From the NCBI GenBank assembly GCA_964035545.1, contig OZ037768.1, positions 10,634,741 through 10,698,740 of the forward strand: DNA of 64,000 nucleotides, given 5' to 3'. The translations under genes were made by a program, and so were the position numbers. The stretch comes from Bugula neritina. Taxonomy: Eukaryota > Animalia > Bryozoa. The notes below the pieces were generated by a model, which was not told the origin of the DNA, made no database searches, and saw only the letters and a program-made list of their open reading frames with translations. Shown in pieces: positions 32,151 to 55,769 of the stretch (positions within the stretch are counted from its first letter, which is position 1; every line of letters starts with the position of its first letter).

Positions 32151-35100
32151 AGAGAGAGGGGGAGAGAGAGAGGGGGAGAGGGGGGTAGAGAGAGGGGGAG
32201 GGAGAGGAGAGAGAAAGGGGGAATAGAGAGAAAGGGGGAGAAAGAGAGGGGGAGAGAGAGGAGTGTGATAAAATATGAAGGAGAACTAACAAGATACGAC
32301 TGTATGATATATTACAGTATATACTCATCTGAGAGAGATAATCTGATGAGATACTCACAGAGTCTATGAGGATGTTGGCACCAGATGTGTCATCAGGAAC
32401 TTGGTACTGAGGGAAGTCCAACTTGATGTGATATGTCTTTCCTTTCTCAAAGCAAATGTGTGGATACACAATGTGGTAGCTTTTCACTGCAACAAACAGC
32501 TACAGTAACACACAATATATATTATTATTACTATATATTAGAATTCCTGACACACTTCATTAGTGCAGTATTAAAATATTCATATATATCTTAGCTATCT
32601 CCTACAGACTGCTTGAGGATTGTATGCTCCAACAATTTTGCTTTATAATAAACTTTGTGCTCAAGCGGATGATATTTTCAGTTGACTCTGGAGGCCAGGA
32701 TATTATTATAAAACTAATAGTAATTAGTGCTGACTTTCATTGCAGGCTACTCATAGCTGCAGCAACACACAGCTTAATTACTGAACAGGTTTGAAAATCT
32801 AAACTTTGAACTTATTGAAATAGCAGCAACAAGCATGCAATGTTTCGAAAACCTATGCTTCTAGTGCACTGAATATTAAGTCTTGCAGTGTCTGGTAGCA
32901 TTAGTGAGTATATAATGTGAAAACTTAGACTGATATCTACAACACTCAGGTCATGTGAGGGGGGTACTGTATCATACCAGAGGATAGTGAAGCTCCGGGG
33001 TAATCATCCTCAGGCCGATGGTTGCTGCAAGGGCCATTCGGGTCAGGAGAATCTGGTCGCTGTATGACAACTCTTACATCATCCCATCCATAAGGCATCT
33101 GAAAACGTGAATGTTATAGAGCAAAGGCAAAACATTGGCAATATTTTTATACTTTTTAAATAATGGTGACGTTAAATAAGCAATTCAAGCCTATATTATT
33201 TCTATTTCAATTCAAATTTATGTAATTTCCAAAGTGAAATGTTGACTAAATAAAGGTGTTTTACAACATTTCTAATAATTTTGTCGTTTAGAACTAATTT
33301 TTAAGTTAGAAGACCTGAGTTTCATATCGGATGATGATGTCATAACTCATGGCGTAGGGAATATCGTCCACTGTGAAGATAATGCTGTCCTTTTCATAGA
33401 CTCTCATGAAGCCCGGACCGGTCCAGGTGATGTTCTGTCCTCGAATCGGCTCCCGGATCACTACTTTCGCATTCTGCAACAAGTTCAAGGTTAAATCTTA
33501 TGAAATGCTACACAAATGTAGTTTAAATTCATTTGCTTGCCTTTAGAGTTTCCCATTATTCCACTTCATCTAACATAGTACATGCATTTATAGCCTAACA
33601 GCAAACTTGCATAAAAATGGTGACTTTCAAATATCAGCTGTCAAAACTTTTAGTGGAAGATTTAATTATTGTTTGCACAACAAATATTTGTGCAATAGTG
33701 AATGCTACACAAGAAGAACTCTTTGACTAACTTACTCCAATTCCTTGAGCATATTCTGCCTCATAGCGTAAGTAATCTAGATCAGTGACAAAGTAGCCTG
33801 GGATAGTCTGGTTGCACGCCCGTCCCGTAATGCCTGGTTTACAGTTACATTGTCCACTGACCACATCACACATGTTATCATAACTTCCTCCAATATCACA
33901 GCCACATGGCTTACATCCCTCCACATCTTTGCTCAATCCCCAGTACTCTGGCTATTCAAAAGAAAGGAAAAATAATATTTCTGAAGAAAAAAATAATGAA
34001 TAGTCCTTATATTAACAGTCTAACTTTTTAAATTTTATAAATACTCAACGCATTGTGGAAAAGAGCTTTAACTTTCTCCTGGTGTATACAGAAATAAGAC
34101 ACCTTTTTGAGAAATTTAAAACATATCTTATGTATCAATTCAAGTAAAATAAAATTATGATATGGAACAGACAAATTACTGTCTATTCTATAAGGTCTAT
34201 AAACTGTGGCATTCATAATAACACCCAACTAAATGGTAATTCAATTTCTTAATACACTTGCCGTAGGCATTTAATATTACAAGTATAAGCATATCTCCAA
34301 TGAAAAAGTATCATGCCAATTCATTTCTAGGGAAACAGTAGCCTAGCCAAGTGTGGAGTGACCTCAAAAGGAAAGCACACTTATATTTATTGTTTTAAGG
34401 TCATGTTTAACTTCAGGTGAAACTAAACTCCTCCAGTATTGCAAGTATTATAAGTATGGTAGAAACTCAAGCAGGGGGTATAGATTGCTGCTTGCTGCCT
34501 TGAGTGGCTGGTGCATTTGGGCAGATGTCACTGCTACTACTCAAAGATTTGCATCAACCATTACTTGGGGAAAGAGCACCACTAATTATAAACAGATATA
34601 AAGGAATATTATTAATTATTAGCAGACAATAATGCCATCGATGGGCTACTAGGGATAGGCACTAAATCAGTCCTATCTATGAATGGCTTTGGTAAGCAGC
34701 ATAGCAGTACAAGTAGGTGACTCATTCAGAATTGTGGTTATTTGTTGTTGCTAAAACAGCATGCTTTAAATCACTATTATTATAGTAATTAATAAAAACC
34801 GGAAAATGTTAAGTTCACTCCTCTAAAATAGAGCACTTAGACAAAGGTCCCAGTAAAATACTCTGAAATAGAATAAAAAATGAAACGTTCACTAGAGAAA
34901 TCTATCAACTAGATTACTAGAAGGACTGCAGTGAAGAAATACTGACCAGACATTGGTCACAATTCCTTCCAGTCACAAATCTCTTGCATGTGCAGTCCCC
35001 TGTTCTCTGGTTACATCCTTGATTATCAAAAGTACCCAGCGTGTTGCATTCACATTCTGTAAATATACATTAAAAATATAACATTGATCTCATTACTGAA

Positions 35101-38100
35101 GATTCTTTATAGTAAGTAAAACCGTTCTTTTCCTGAAATTAATATTATATTGGTGCAATTGAATGAGCTAAATCCTAATTCAAGTAGTTGCCGGTTGTTT
35201 TCCCATGTATGGTTTCAGCAGCGAAAGTTTTGGCAGCAATCAATACATCATAAACTTCAGTAATTTATAACTTGAAAGCAGATCTGTGAAATGCTCTGAT
35301 CTGCATAGTCGGATGTGCTTATAAAACAGACAGACACAGTAAAAACATGTGAGCTGTTTATATGATAACAGTAATACACATTGTATATAGTAGAAGGCAC
35401 TAATCTGGAGTGTGAATCTATTCACACTGTAGATTGTGTACATTGGCAGGGAGGGGTGTGTTGGCAGCGAGTGGATGACTATATAAACATAGTGCCTTTT
35501 ATCCACTCTTAAAAGTGGCAGCAGCAATGGCTGATCATGGTGTTATAAACTCTATTGTAAAGTCCATAAACCGTGGCAGTGAATGCAATACAACTACTAC
35601 GATAAAAGATGTGCAGAAACTTTGCATGCTTTAAGAGCTGAACAGTGAGCAGCTTATTTTAAAGCATAGCAAATATCCTTTTCAACAAGTTTCAAGTTCA
35701 AACAGCAAATAGAGATTCCAGCTATACATCATGCCGGGTATTGCTGTCAACACCTGAGAAAGGACACAGGTTCTAGCAAGCTGTTTGACCAAATCACACA
35801 CCTATGCAGCCGTCGTCAGTGAAGTTCCAATATCCAGCTTCACATGTTTCACACCGGGAGCCGCCCACATTGGTTTTACACTTACATCGGCCCGCCACGA
35901 GCCCGTTGAAAGGATCACTTCTCATGTCACATTCACCATTGTTCTGTGTCCCAGTTGGGTCACAGTCACATGCTACAAATATGACAGAGTTTACATAATA
36001 TTGTCAGACTGGGGGGGGAGCTTATGCCTTTAAAGTATGAAATAAAACTGATATTGTGCATTACCACACCTAAATACTTCATTACACTGACACATACATT
36101 AAATTTAGCTCGCATAAAATACTCACATGGATTTATTACCATCATCCCTGTGAGAACTCCCGATGGAAAAGGGTTTTTAGCAAGCTAAGGACTTTTCACT
36201 ATTATGGCAAAAGAGCAATTATGATTGAATGCTATTCCTAATACCACCAAAGGTGTTTACTGGGGATCAAACCCATGACTTCATGTTTAATAAGCCAGTG
36301 CTCTAACCCCTAGACCACGACTGTCCCACATTTGCACTCACATATACTACATCAGCATGCTATACTTACGCTGACATATATAGCATGCTATACTTACGCT
36401 GACATGCATATTATGCTAGACACTTATGCTGACATATATATTATGCTAGACACTTACGCTGACATATATACTATGCTAGATACTTACGCTGACATATATA
36501 AGGATCTCTCAGATCGCGGGATGGGTCCTGGTAGAAGTGAGTCTTGCAGATTTCACAATTGAGGCCATCAGTATTGTGCATGCAGTTATCACAAACACCG
36601 CCACTGACGTTTCCGTTAGCGTGGTAGACAGCGGGGTCAAAATGGCAACTGGTTGCGTGATCGTGACATTCGCACTCTAAAACACAAAATTTCAAAAACA
36701 CATGTCCAGTAAAATTTCTTCTTGCATTACAAAATAAAAACAAACTCAAGGTTTGATGTTCTCTTTTCATAATATTGATAATAGAAATGAAAACAGTCAA
36801 AGATTTCTTGCTTTGCAATCAAAATCGATGAGTCATACTTACTTTTGCATTCGCCAATCTCCTTGCCAATAGCCGGAACCCACGGCCGATCATTGTAGAA
36901 GTCGGCACACATCTCACAATTCTTGCCTTTCGTATTATGGGTACATTTGCACTGACTGTAAACCTTAACAAACATGACCAGCTCAATTTTAAAATATAAG
37001 CTAGAACAGAACGAGAGTATTTTGTAGTTTGCTATGTCAAGACTAACAATATAATATGCTATATGAGGTAAAGTGTAAATAATGTAACCTTAAATATTTT
37101 GAATTAAAAAACTTTGTACTGACAACCATAAAAACCAAGCCAATTTAAGGAGTTAAAAAATACATTAAAATTTATTCCTTGTATCTATGACCGCCATCAA
37201 CTTTTAGAAAAGATTTCTCAAAAAAACAGTTTGATTTTAAAGAGACAACCAAATAAAAATATCAAGATAGGCTTTGCATTCTTTTTAAATTGCGTTGTGA
37301 TAACGTCTTCGCTTTTATAAACATCACTTCCTACTCTATACTGAAAAGCTGACTAACCATATCTGTGAGGTCAGAATCTTCTCCTGCTGCCGGTACACAC
37401 TCTGAGGCGTGACCATAACACGAGCAGCTGCCTCGCACCACCATGTCATATATGGCGTAGTAATACTTCTCATTTATCTCTCTCGTCTGTGCTAACAGGT
37501 CATCACCTGAAATATCCAACATAATAACCAGACCATTCATAAGGAGAAGGATGTAAAGCGAATCTAGTAGTCCACATACTATGGGGTTAACACAATACTG
37601 ATAAATGTGATTATGTAATAGAGTTTATTAATGAATGGTGGCTGGTTTGTAAGCTACACATGAGAGAGTTGACTGGGTGATAGTGAAGAGAATGAGACTC
37701 AGTGGAGTGAATGAGTGACTCACACTCAAGTGTATCTGCCAGTAACGGGTATCAGTTGACAGCCTGAATTTAACAGGAGAGAAACATGAGTAACCACAAA
37801 TAAACAACAGGTTTTATTTAATTAGCAGAAGATGTACCAGCCCCTTTATAACACATGGACAACTCCAAATCAAACTCAGAACAAACCATGATAAATCTAG
37901 CAGACCAAGAGGATGTGCGGCATTGTCATTCTGGACATGCACAACTAAAGAACGATTCCGCAGAGAATTAGCAACTATGTAGGCCAGCGTTGAGTAAAGA
38001 CGATGTCAACTTTAATCTCAAGGCAAAACCCAGATACCAATTAGTGCTCTCCAAGACATACAATAAAGTGCTTAAAGATACTAACCGAGTGTGTGTAGCT

Positions 38101-40548
38101 CTTTGAATATCACTCTCAAGTTGGTAAGTTTGAGCAGGTTCTGTACCTCAGGCGAGTACGGGTTGTCTATCTTCATGTGTGGAGGCAGAACTTTAAACAC
38201 AACCTGAATGCAGAAATTCAACAGTGCAGGTAGTTGAAGGATTTTGTGATTTCAATATTGATTAATTAGTGATTGAGGCACAAGACCTAGCGTGATACTA
38301 CACTCGGCTCATTAGTTGTGGTCTTTTCAACACAAATAGTCACCCTGAAAATTCAGTGCAAAATAAAAGCATCCACTTTTAGAGTGTAAATATATTTACA
38401 GCCCACATCCATGTTGAAATCTGCAGTATGCTGAGGACTTTAACATAACACTTTAAATTGGAAGGCAAGAAATTAGACTAAAATGCTATGCTTTTGCACT
38501 AGTAATCAGGGCCTCCTGACAAAACCACTATTATGTGTGAATGTTGCCACTTCATACTGCCTTAGGAAAATTTCTCAATATTTTAGGTTCTGTAAATTGC
38601 AAGAGTTTAAAAATTTCAACACTATTTGAGTTTAACACAGCAAAGGCGGACTGCAACATTACCTCATGCATAGCCCAGGGTGTTTCTAGCTAGCACATTA
38701 CAGTTCATTTTGAATACTTTCTACAGAAAAACAAGGCTGCAGACAAATTATAGAACCAACCTCTCCGCCACTAGCTGGAAGCACATTGGAGTATTTCTCC
38801 TCGCAGATGGTAGCATTCTCAAGACTCTGGACTGGACCCATCGGGATATCGGGAAAGCTCTTCTTACAATCTTCAGCAAAGTACCTGTACTTGCGCCAAG
38901 TCTTGCCAAAATCAAAAGATCGTTCGATGAACATAGACTTGGGCCTGAAGGTCTTGAATGTAATTATCAAGTGTGTGAAGTGAAACTCGGCGTTCAAATC
39001 GAGCTGAATAGACACTTCCTCTTGTCCGTTCTCGGCTTGCCACCATCTTCGGAGCCGATCCTTTGAGAAAGTCGTGACAATGTTGGTAATGTTGTGACTG
39101 TCCGGGTTGGCCTCAGACCACGGTTGACGAGAGTCACAAGCAAAGCACTTTTCAATGTCACTAACATCACCAACAACACAATATCTCTGAGGATAATACA
39201 GGCCACACGTAGAAGAGGCCTGCAGGAAATTTTCTCTCCCAACCAACAAGTTGCCTGTGGCTGGATAACAACCCCGCCCCAAACAAACCTGCTGAGTATC
39301 TTGACTGTGGACTAGGACTACAAAAACAAAATTAATTTATTGTTTCTAAAAGCTTAACAAAAATGTATTTGTTCAATAGGAGTTGATAAGACAATTCCTA
39401 ATGATAATGCTGCAGGGATTCCAGGGAAAGTGGCTACTAGGACAGACAGTGTTCTCACATACTTGAAATTGTAGAATATTTCCTTGGTCAAATTGTTAAA
39501 CGCAGGCCACATTGATCAGTATCACCTACGTATGTTTCATGTAAAGAGGAAATAGATATGAATAGATCTTTTGTTTAATTACAGCCTTAAAGTAGCAGTC
39601 TAGTCTGTTAATAATTAATTGATATGAGCCACAAAGCTATAGTGATTACAACAAGACCCCTGTGATACGCTCAGGCAGAGTGAGAATGCAGACAGTGGCA
39701 CAGTGCATCTTCTTACAACAGCTTCTCCCTAAATACTGGCCCTTTATTCTCCTGCCATACTCGCCTATTGTCATCATGACTAATTATAGTCTGTAGGTGC
39801 TGACTGAACACTGCAGTAGGCAGCAGTAGCTTACCTGTTTAATTACCTGGTATGTTGAAACTTCACATCTAAGATTACATGCATTTGAAATCCTCGGATT
39901 GAGGCCACAAAACTGAATTCCTCACAGGCGAGAAGTAACTTGTGCTTATATCAACAGCAAATGGGACAGCAATTGTAATCTTCCCCGTTTTATAGTCAGC
40001 TAATATTATTAGACAAGCTATTTGATGAATGTATCGGATTTCATTCATATTTACTTTACGACTGCAAGAATGCAAAATTTATTCCCACAGAATTCACTCA
40101 TTGATTGGGATGGTAGCGGCTAATATAATTATAACTTACTAATCCAAGCATCAAATATCTGCCTTCATCTCATATACAAGGTTTAAAGCTAAGTTCTGTA
40201 AGTAAGGGCTGCATAGTAGGCTACACTTTGACATTGCGAAAAACACGTGCCTAGGCCTTACAGACACAATCTGAACCGTCTGATCTGTTTCAAATTAAAA
40301 TAATATTGCTAGGTTTGAATTATTGTAAAACAAAAATCAGAGCAGTCCTTCTAAGCAACTAGAGATGCTGTGCATCACTTAAGATTATATAACCACTACA
40401 TTGCTCAGGAACTACATGCATGCAGAGGGGTACTAAATTGGCAGCATCTTGTATAACAGGATGCTGCTGTGCAGCAGCATTACGTCTGCAGCTTACCTGG
40501 TAGTATGAAACATAGCAGAGAGGCTGCAAATCCATGTGAGACCCTCAT
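20480..40548 (-). CDS. LAMB1: Laminin subunit beta (LanB1/LAMB1-like), ~1774 aa
   Basis: 29 coding exons (minus): 40548-40497, 39317-38761, 38203-38086, 37506-37358, 36963-36843, 36676-36488, 35972-35802, 35056-34947, 33951-33736, 33473-33315, 33098-32978, 32486-32359, 31940-31760, 31501-31358, 30715-30473, 29307-29155, 28071-27841, 26910-26611, 26201-26010, 25550-25370, 25111-24893, 24616-24412, 24155-23955, 23340-23164, 22786-22611, 22033-21892, 21761-21585, 21334-21178, 20634-20480; 5325 nt in frame. Signal peptide [22 protein letters not shown]; LN domain ([37 protein letters not shown]); LE repeats; LF domain ([10 protein letters not shown]); coiled coil interrupted by the beta-specific Cys/Gly knob ([14 protein letters not shown]); near-terminal Cys. 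Confidence 0.95.
20627..20818. repeat. Diverged ~80-110 bp tandem duplication including the 3' splice site of the last laminin exon
   Basis: TTCATAGCTGCAA..GAATCAAYATTAGTACCACAGGTTT..CTCAGAGTTGAA.GTCAT occurs twice (from ~20628 and ~20707). Confidence 0.85.
24168..24315. repeat. 26-bp minisatellite (CAGTTCAGCTGCGTGTGCACATGTAA)n, ~5.7 copies
   Basis: Directly visible; ends ~10 nt from the laminin acceptor at 24156-24157. Confidence 0.93.
26950..27005. repeat. (CA)n/(CG)n microsatellite
   Basis: Directly visible. Confidence 0.85.
28470..28720. repeat. (TAC/TAT)n trinucleotide low-complexity tract
   Basis: Directly visible; source of the spurious poly-Val/Ile ORF 28441-28704. Confidence 0.9.
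29941..30340. repeat. 18-bp minisatellite (AGTATAGTGTRTAGTCTG)n, ~22 copies
   Basis: Directly visible in laminin intron 30472-29308; source of the periodic ORFs (LYTILR, IVYSLS, YTQTIH). Confidence 0.95.
30341..30472 (-). repeat. Degenerate ~31-34 bp repeats each starting with a 5' splice-site sequence
   Basis: True donor GTGAGT at 30472-30467; GTAAGT copies at 30438-30433, 30407-30402, 30376-30371; shared body GTACTGTATGGAGA. Confidence 0.8.
32019..32262. repeat. ~240-bp GA/GGA polypurine tract (CT-rich on the laminin sense strand)
   Basis: Directly visible; occupies more than half of the ~420-nt intron 32358-31941. Confidence 0.95.
36140..36327 (-). mobile_element. tRNA-derived SINE (copy 2)
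   Basis: Reverse complement GGGACAGTCGTGGTCTAGGGGTTAGAGC...GGGTTTGATCC...GGTGGTATTAGGAATAGCATTCAATCATAATTGCTC...GTTCTCACAGGGAT, collinear with 12476-12665. Confidence 0.85.
36363..36500 (-). repeat. 30-bp tandem repeat of the exon end plus 5' splice site of laminin exon 6 (5 copies)
   Basis: Plus-strand unit YACTTACGCTGACATATATAYTATGCTAGA at 36481 (true junction), 36451, 36421, 36391 and 36363. Confidence 0.92.
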
Positions 40549-41142
40549 CTTCAAAGGTTGAGTGTGAAAGATCGGGTGCTATAGCTGAGTGCACAATATT
40601 CTGCCCAGCTTGTGGTAGGATTCAAGGCTACAAATATTTCAGCACAGCAAACATCAGGTTTAGGTGTTAATGTATTGGGTTGGGCAACAATTCCTTTAAA
40701 AATTCGCAACTAGTTATTGAATGTTTAGTCAACGTTGTCACCAACGTTAGGATCTCATGAACTGCAGGAAATGACATATTAACCATATAAATAACATATC
40801 CTGGAAACCTGTACAAACAGCTAACAGCCCTCTAGTAAAATAATATGAGTAATTGGAAAGCTATTTCAAGCAGAATTTAGTTTTTAAATTTAGACAGAAA
40901 AATAGGGTCAGCTTCTGAATTTCGTCTCCCAAGTATTGTCGAGTGGCGTGTAAGTAGAAACTTACTCACTCTGTTGATCTCTACACTGACGCCTGCACTG
41001 AGGATTCAATATTGAAAACGAGGAGGTCTTTGTAGATTATTTTTTGATCTCTCAGCTAACTTAAAAGTGGAGGTGGAACAGCTTTCAGCAGCTTTCATGA
41101 AAAATATGTGACCAACAGCTCCAGCTGGGTTGAGCTACAAGA

Positions 41143-41215
41143 CAATGCAATGCAATACAATGCAATGCAAACCTATGAACTATACATTGTAATACAATGC
41201 AATAAATGCAATACA
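41143..41215. repeat. Degenerate pentanucleotide (CAATG/CAATA)n
   Basis: Directly visible. Confidence 0.75.
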
Positions 41216-44200
41216 ATATTAGTTAGGACAACACAAGTTTATTTGTGCAGTGTAATGCATTAAACTGCGTTGCAATGGCCATATTTAGATACTCCAGATA
41301 GACCACATAACAAAGTTAAGTAGAACTTTTCAAAAATAATAATTCTTCAGTAGTAAAACCTAAAAGATTCTGTCACATGGTCTAGTTGACCAACCAAGAG
41401 CCAATACCAGTCTCTGTTACATACAACCAACTAAATTCAGTCTATTTATACACTTGATCATTTATTTGCTGGAATATTCTGCAGGCCCAGGTGTGATCCA
41501 GTGCACAGAGCTTATGTTAGCATACTCTAAAGTAATTTACACATAAAGCTGGTCATTGTTTAGCTTGCTCTTAGACTGTATGAATGAATTATAATGAACA
41601 ATGGCAGGAGGCAACAGGCTGCTGAAGAAAGTAGATTTACAGTGCAAGATACTACAAGCTGCCAGAAACTGGCATGGCAGCCATTTCCTTTGTAACAAGG
41701 AGTAACAGTCAGCAGATAATATATAAATAGTAAGCTCAGGCTATATGTGGTGGTCTAGCTTGGCCCATTTTCTATCCTTGGTGTTGAATATAGATACCTC
41801 AAAATATTGCAATAAAAAACAATTTGAGTTCAAATATCTGACAAGATAACGAATTTACTAGTTGCTACTGTACTGCTGCTGCTGTGACTCATACAACCAC
41901 CATAAATCTAATAACTGTGGGACATAAAAATATAAAGAAAGTTTCCTTTTTTTTCTAAAAACACGCAATATTTGTATTTCTAATGAGCAAGGAATGCTGA
42001 TAAAATTCTTTACAACTAAACATTTGTCACCATGCCATCACTACAGTTGTAACCAGATATTCTCGTACTAAGGTTTACTCCTGCATAGACAGTGTCTTAT
42101 CTAGCTCTTGGTTACTAATAGTTTACACTAAATGATAGAGGAAATATCTTTCTTATAATATAATACTGCATTTTACAATAAACATTGACATAGGGAATTT
42201 GAACTGTTGGTATGGAGTCTTTACAAATTCATACATAGAATAAAATAGTGCTTTCTACAGCAGCAGTTTTGCTTCATTTCCCTAAAGCCTTGTTTATGTA
42301 ACAACTGGAAAATTATGTAGGAAAACAGAGCTGTGACTAATCATAACAGACTCGCCATTTGCAAGTGTTTTGAGAGGTTATTACCCAACTTCTTCTTACC
42401 ATTTAGTAATTAATAAAAACTCAATAAGCGTTTGTTGGCTTCACAGAAGAAAATAGTGCGCCAACTTTTAAAGCATTTTTCTAAGGTTTTATTCATGCAT
42501 AGTTTTAGCTAACATGAAACAATACACATGAAATTATTAATTTGAATTATGAATTATCTAATTGAATTTTGCTGTAAGAAAATAACTTTTTACTGCATAA
42601 AAGTAAATTGTTTTAAGGTTATAAGAAAAAAATATTCAAAGCCAGTTTTTAATTGCATGTGCTTAGACTATAGACTATAGCCTATGCACAAGCCTTTCAG
42701 TAAACACAAATGGGGTCAAATGCCTATACAAAATTTCCTATCAAATGACTAACTTTTTGATAGGCAATTAAACATTTGAGAAAAATAAATGAAATCAGCA
42801 ATTTTTGAACAATTTCAAAATAAATGTCAGTATTGCTAAACCCGATGGAAGCTTTCAAGTCTCTGGAACCCACAGAGATTCTTTTCTAAACTCTATTTAC
42901 TAGCTAGGTAACAAGTAGATCAACAATATTGTGAAATTTCCCAGGATGCACCTATAACTCTGCTATATCTTCTCCATGTCAACTGGCAGGTTGCAATTGT
43001 GCAATAAGAAAATGTCCAGCATAAATATTTTGCTAATTTAAACAAAATGTTATATAATATTTAGATTATCAACCTTTGGCTTTAGTAACCAAACATTGTT
43101 GTATTGCAGGTGTAAAACCACTAGCAGGCCAGATATGTTAGTACAGTAATGACTAACAGATCAGCACGCAGAGTTCTGCCCACTCGAACTCAACCTGTTT
43201 ACATCAGAATGACAGGAAGCTTAATTCTGCATTCAAACTCTAACCTTTCTGCACATTATTAGAGGCTTTCTGAATAATACTGGTTAGTAAATTTTTACAG
43301 TGACTATCAAAAGTTGCAACCCTATCAAAGAGTGTGAAATCAATTGGACTATCACCATGTCTACCTGTTTAAATGCAGCTTTAGCTGACTCAGTCGTTTG
43401 TTAGATTTAGCAATTGCAAGCACAAATAAATACCAACTTAACATTTTAATTAGCCTACTAATTCTAAACTATCTTCAAGTCATTCACTGTAATTGCAAGC
43501 TAACAATGGAGAAAAAATGGTGGCTGCACCTTGAAAAAGAACATTGATGGAAAAAGGTCAACGTGAAGATCTTTGGCTTTGCATGCATTTATAATTATTG
43601 CTAACTTTATTTACTAAGGCTTAGCGTATGGCTACTGACTCTGAGAAAGAAGAAGACAAAATATTCAAAAAACTTAAACAATAGTTAAGGCTCACCAAAA
43701 CTAGCTTAAGTTGATAATAGTCCAGTTGAAGAGGCCAGCTCTTTGTAATAATTCCTTTTAGACTGCACAACCCAACACTTACTTCCTTCCCTGCTGTCTA
43801 GCTAGATTCCACTGAGCTAAAAGCGTGCTATTTCGTGCATTTCAGTTTGAAGCAGCTGATTTTCTCATACATGTGGTGAGAGTAAACTCTAGCCTAAGAG
43901 CGTTCCAATGTTTTCTTTTGCGGCTTACATCGTCGTTAAAATCATGACAAAAACGCAGCAATTGCAGTGTTGATGGAGAAATACAAGCTAGACACCTGCT
44001 ATTAGGGGCGTGGCTAACACACGTTGATGAAATACAGAGAAGACAACCTTTGAGTCTTATGCTGAACAAGACTTTACGATACACATGAGAAGACAACCCT
44101 GACGACTAGAAACATTCGATTAGTGCCGATAAAATGCTTTGCAAAATAATAGTATATTGTACTCGTAAACAAATAGGACAGGAAATTCTTATATATTATA

Positions 44201-44391
44201 TCATCACTTTGGTCTCAAAAATACAGCAACACATACAAGGTAGTTAAAAAGAACAAAACAAATTAGTCAACATACTAAACAGAATATATTATAAATATAC
44301 AATAAAGTTCAACTTTTACATCATATATTATCATATATTTACAAGTTAAAGAATCAACTTATCTTATGAGTTTATGAAATTTTAGAGATAT

Positions 44392-54178
<9,787 letters not shown>

Positions 54179-54493
54179 TTTGATCTGTTCACCAAATATG
54201 TGTGTCAGTTTTTCTCAAAACACAACCGCCAGTGTCACTATCTAGTTGTGAGTGCTAGTACTGTTTTACTTTGGAACTCTCGACACTAAAAATCAAACAA
54301 AAATAAGTAACGCTCACTATGACTAGGTTTCGGGGTAAGTGTTATGTTCGCTGTAGAATGAAATAATATTATATTTATAATATTATAATTATAAAAATAA
54401 CATTAATTATATTTATAAAAGTTAAACAAAACTAGAAGTATAACTATAAGAAAGTTAATAACTAATAAGTATAAGATTAAGTATAACAACAAC

Positions 54494-55768
54494 TAGGGGA
54501 TGGTGGAGCTAGTTGAACCAAAAATTGCATTTTTCGACCATGAAAGTTAGTCATATGTTGCTTTCTTTGTCCATTAAAACTAAATGCATAAATATTTTAC
54601 TCACTAAGATAGAGCCAATGTTTTGCCTATAAATATTTTAGTATAACGCGCCTCAGTAGGGGGCAAGTTGAACCGTCCTGTGGGAAAGTTGAACCAGTGC
54701 CATTTATCATATAATATAAATTGTTTTAACTATTTTGCAAGCTAAAAAACGATTTATTAAAGATTAATCACAAAACACATAAAAAATAAAAATAAATTGG
54801 CCTAAACAAATAACAGAAACACTCAAAGTTGATGTGATATGTCATTGTAACCATTTAATAACTAAAGATAAGCGATGCAGAAAACATTTTAAAACCCAAG
54901 CAGTAGCTGCAAGCTGGTAGGAAAGCTTTCACAAATTGTCTTTTTGTAATTCATCCTTAAACAAGTTTACAGATATGAAGTGGGGTCCTTTCATACGACA
55001 TCAGAAAATACATGGTATGATTGACCATAACCAACTTTTTAGAGGGCTGTTTGAGGGCTCTCAACAATGGCAGATAATTTACGCCACTGCCTTGATTTAC
55101 CATATTCATTGCAGCAGTTAGGCTTTTCTAATCTGTTCCCATGTTTGTTCTCCATATGTAATTTTGCATCATTCCAAACAAATTGCAGAATTTTTCAATT
55201 ACACTTTTGACTTACATTCTCAGTTGTTTTAGGACTAAATGTATGTTTAGATTTATAAATTATATGCTGATAGCAGAAACATTTTAATTAAGAAAAATAT
55301 TGACTTAACTGTAAAAACTGGGGTGCCAAATTATAATAAACATTGTGAAAATAATTAATAGGGCAAGTTGTACATAGTTCAATTTGTTCCACTTTCAATG
55401 TGGCTCAACTAGCCCCAAACTGTCACGCTACAAATTATTGTCAATATCTGCTGTGAATGAGATACCCGCAACTTTAGGTCATTGCCCAGCTTTAAAATTA
55501 TGTTGAAAATACATGCCTGAATTTACTTGACTGGGCTATTAAAATTTGAGAAGCTATGCAACTTTTTATGAAAAAAGGAATTTTTAGTTTGCTTAATTTT
55601 AGGCAAAAAATGTGAAAAATTCCTTAAAAAGTTTTGCTTTGCTTTCTATATTGCCATATATCTGTTAGATCATCTAAAACGATCTTGAGTAAAGGAGGTA
55701 AAGCAGTGCAAAGGGTTTAGGGAAAAATTTTAGAGCATGTGACTCAACTAGCCCCACTCTTCCCAGTA
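54494..55768. mobile_element. Non-autonomous DNA transposon (pogo/Tc1-like), ~1.27 kb
   Basis: Imperfect TIRs: left TAGGGGATGGTGGAGCTAGTTGAACC, right reverse complement TACTGGGAAGAGTGGGGCTAGTTGAGTC. Subterminal copies of the motif: GGGGCAAGTTGAACC and GGGAAAGTTGAACC (~54660-54695), GCTCAACTAGCCCC (~55403-55416). No transposase ORF. Confidence 0.7.
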
Positions 55769-55769
55769 T

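Noticed and set aside
31966-32369. ER/GR-rich and SL/P-rich ORFs
   Set aside because: Translation of the GA tract; only 32486-32359 is a real laminin exon.
39830-39895. Alternative first coding exon of laminin (two donor-like sites)
   Set aside because: No ATG-initiated frame in the phase needed by exon 39317 and no signal peptide; 40548-40497 fits both.
43780-44100. Laminin non-coding first exon/promoter and ORF 43842-44096
   Set aside because: A donor-like GTAAGT exists at ~43782, but there is no transcript evidence and the ORF has no recognisable features.
54940-55120. Transposase/PHD-finger remnant inside the TIR element
   Set aside because: Only scattered Cys/His residues across frames with stops; not supportable without a profile search.
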